The position numbers and the translations under genes were made by a program. From Chiloscyllium plagiosum (taxonomy: Eukaryota), in the NCBI RefSeq assembly GCF_004010195.1, contig NC_057720.1:13173722-13194193 (forward strand): a stretch of DNA of 20,472 nt, given 5' to 3'. The notes beneath the pieces are model-generated. The model worked only from the letters and a program-made list of their open reading frames with translations, was not told the origin of the DNA and did no database searches. Shown here piece after piece: positions 20,220-20,472 of the stretch. Position 1 is the first letter of the stretch. Every line of letters starts with the position of its first letter.

Positions 20220-20472
20220 GTTGACCAAATCTTTATTGCTGGAACAGCACAGCAGGTCAGGCAGCATCTAGGGAACAGAAGATTCGACGTTTCGGGCACA
20301 TGCCCTTCTTCAGGAATGAGCAGAGAGTGTTCAGCAGGAGAAGATAAAAGGTAGGGAGGAGGGACTTGGAGGAGGGGCGTTGGAAATGTGATAGGTGGAA
20401 AGAGGTCAAGGTGAGGGTGATAGGTCGAAGTAGGATGGAGGCGGAGAGGTCAAGAAAAAGACTGCAGGTCAG
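20220..20472 (-). mobile_element. PLE (family A-related) 3' terminus and UTR, continuing past the window
   Basis: gctggaacagcacagcaggtcaggcagcatc... followed by a purine-rich UTR like 2430-2530. Confidence 0.85.
20282..20317 (-). ncRNA. Best-preserved minimal type I hammerhead ribozyme motif
   Basis: ATTC-CTGAAGA-A-GGGC-ATGT-GCCC-GAAA-C-GTC-GAAT; stem I ATTC/GAAT and stem II are both perfect. Confidence 0.78.

Noticed and set aside
8538..20267. Recurring small ORFs of the type MCCWKSTA...ENRRF, suggesting a peptide family
   Set aside because: They are translations of the non-coding PLE terminus, with no frame conservation between copies.
1..20472. CRISPR array or prokaryotic/phage operon
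   Set aside because: No regular repeat-spacer array and no gene-dense coding. The palindromes are dispersed vertebrate retroelement termini.

Overview
Eukaryotic, repeat-dense genomic DNA, very probably from a shark (inferred from HE1/V-SINEs and their HER1/CR1 partner LINE; family calls are from recalled motifs, not a database search). Most of the window is nested, decayed retroelements: four HE1-type SINEs plus a tail fragment, several CR1 LINEs (one ~3.3 kb copy with SGNH-esterase ORF1, APE and RT remnants), a Rex1/Babar LINE, two RTE fragments, a Deu-type SINE and its partner LINE, a Tc2/pogo-like DNA transposon, and nine Penelope-like (PLE) insertions. No intact gene is present, and the ORF track mostly reflects repeat remnants. 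The main signal is a set of 120-210 bp TSD-flanked fold-back mini-elements from three PLE families. They share one architecture: two inverted arms, an unpaired tail (34-37 nt in the three cleanest copies), and a fold point at a minimal hammerhead ribozyme whose stems covary between families. Also present are a 217-bp, 1-mismatch inverted duplication inside an old Rex1 copy and a candidate host terminal exon (6950-~7190, +).
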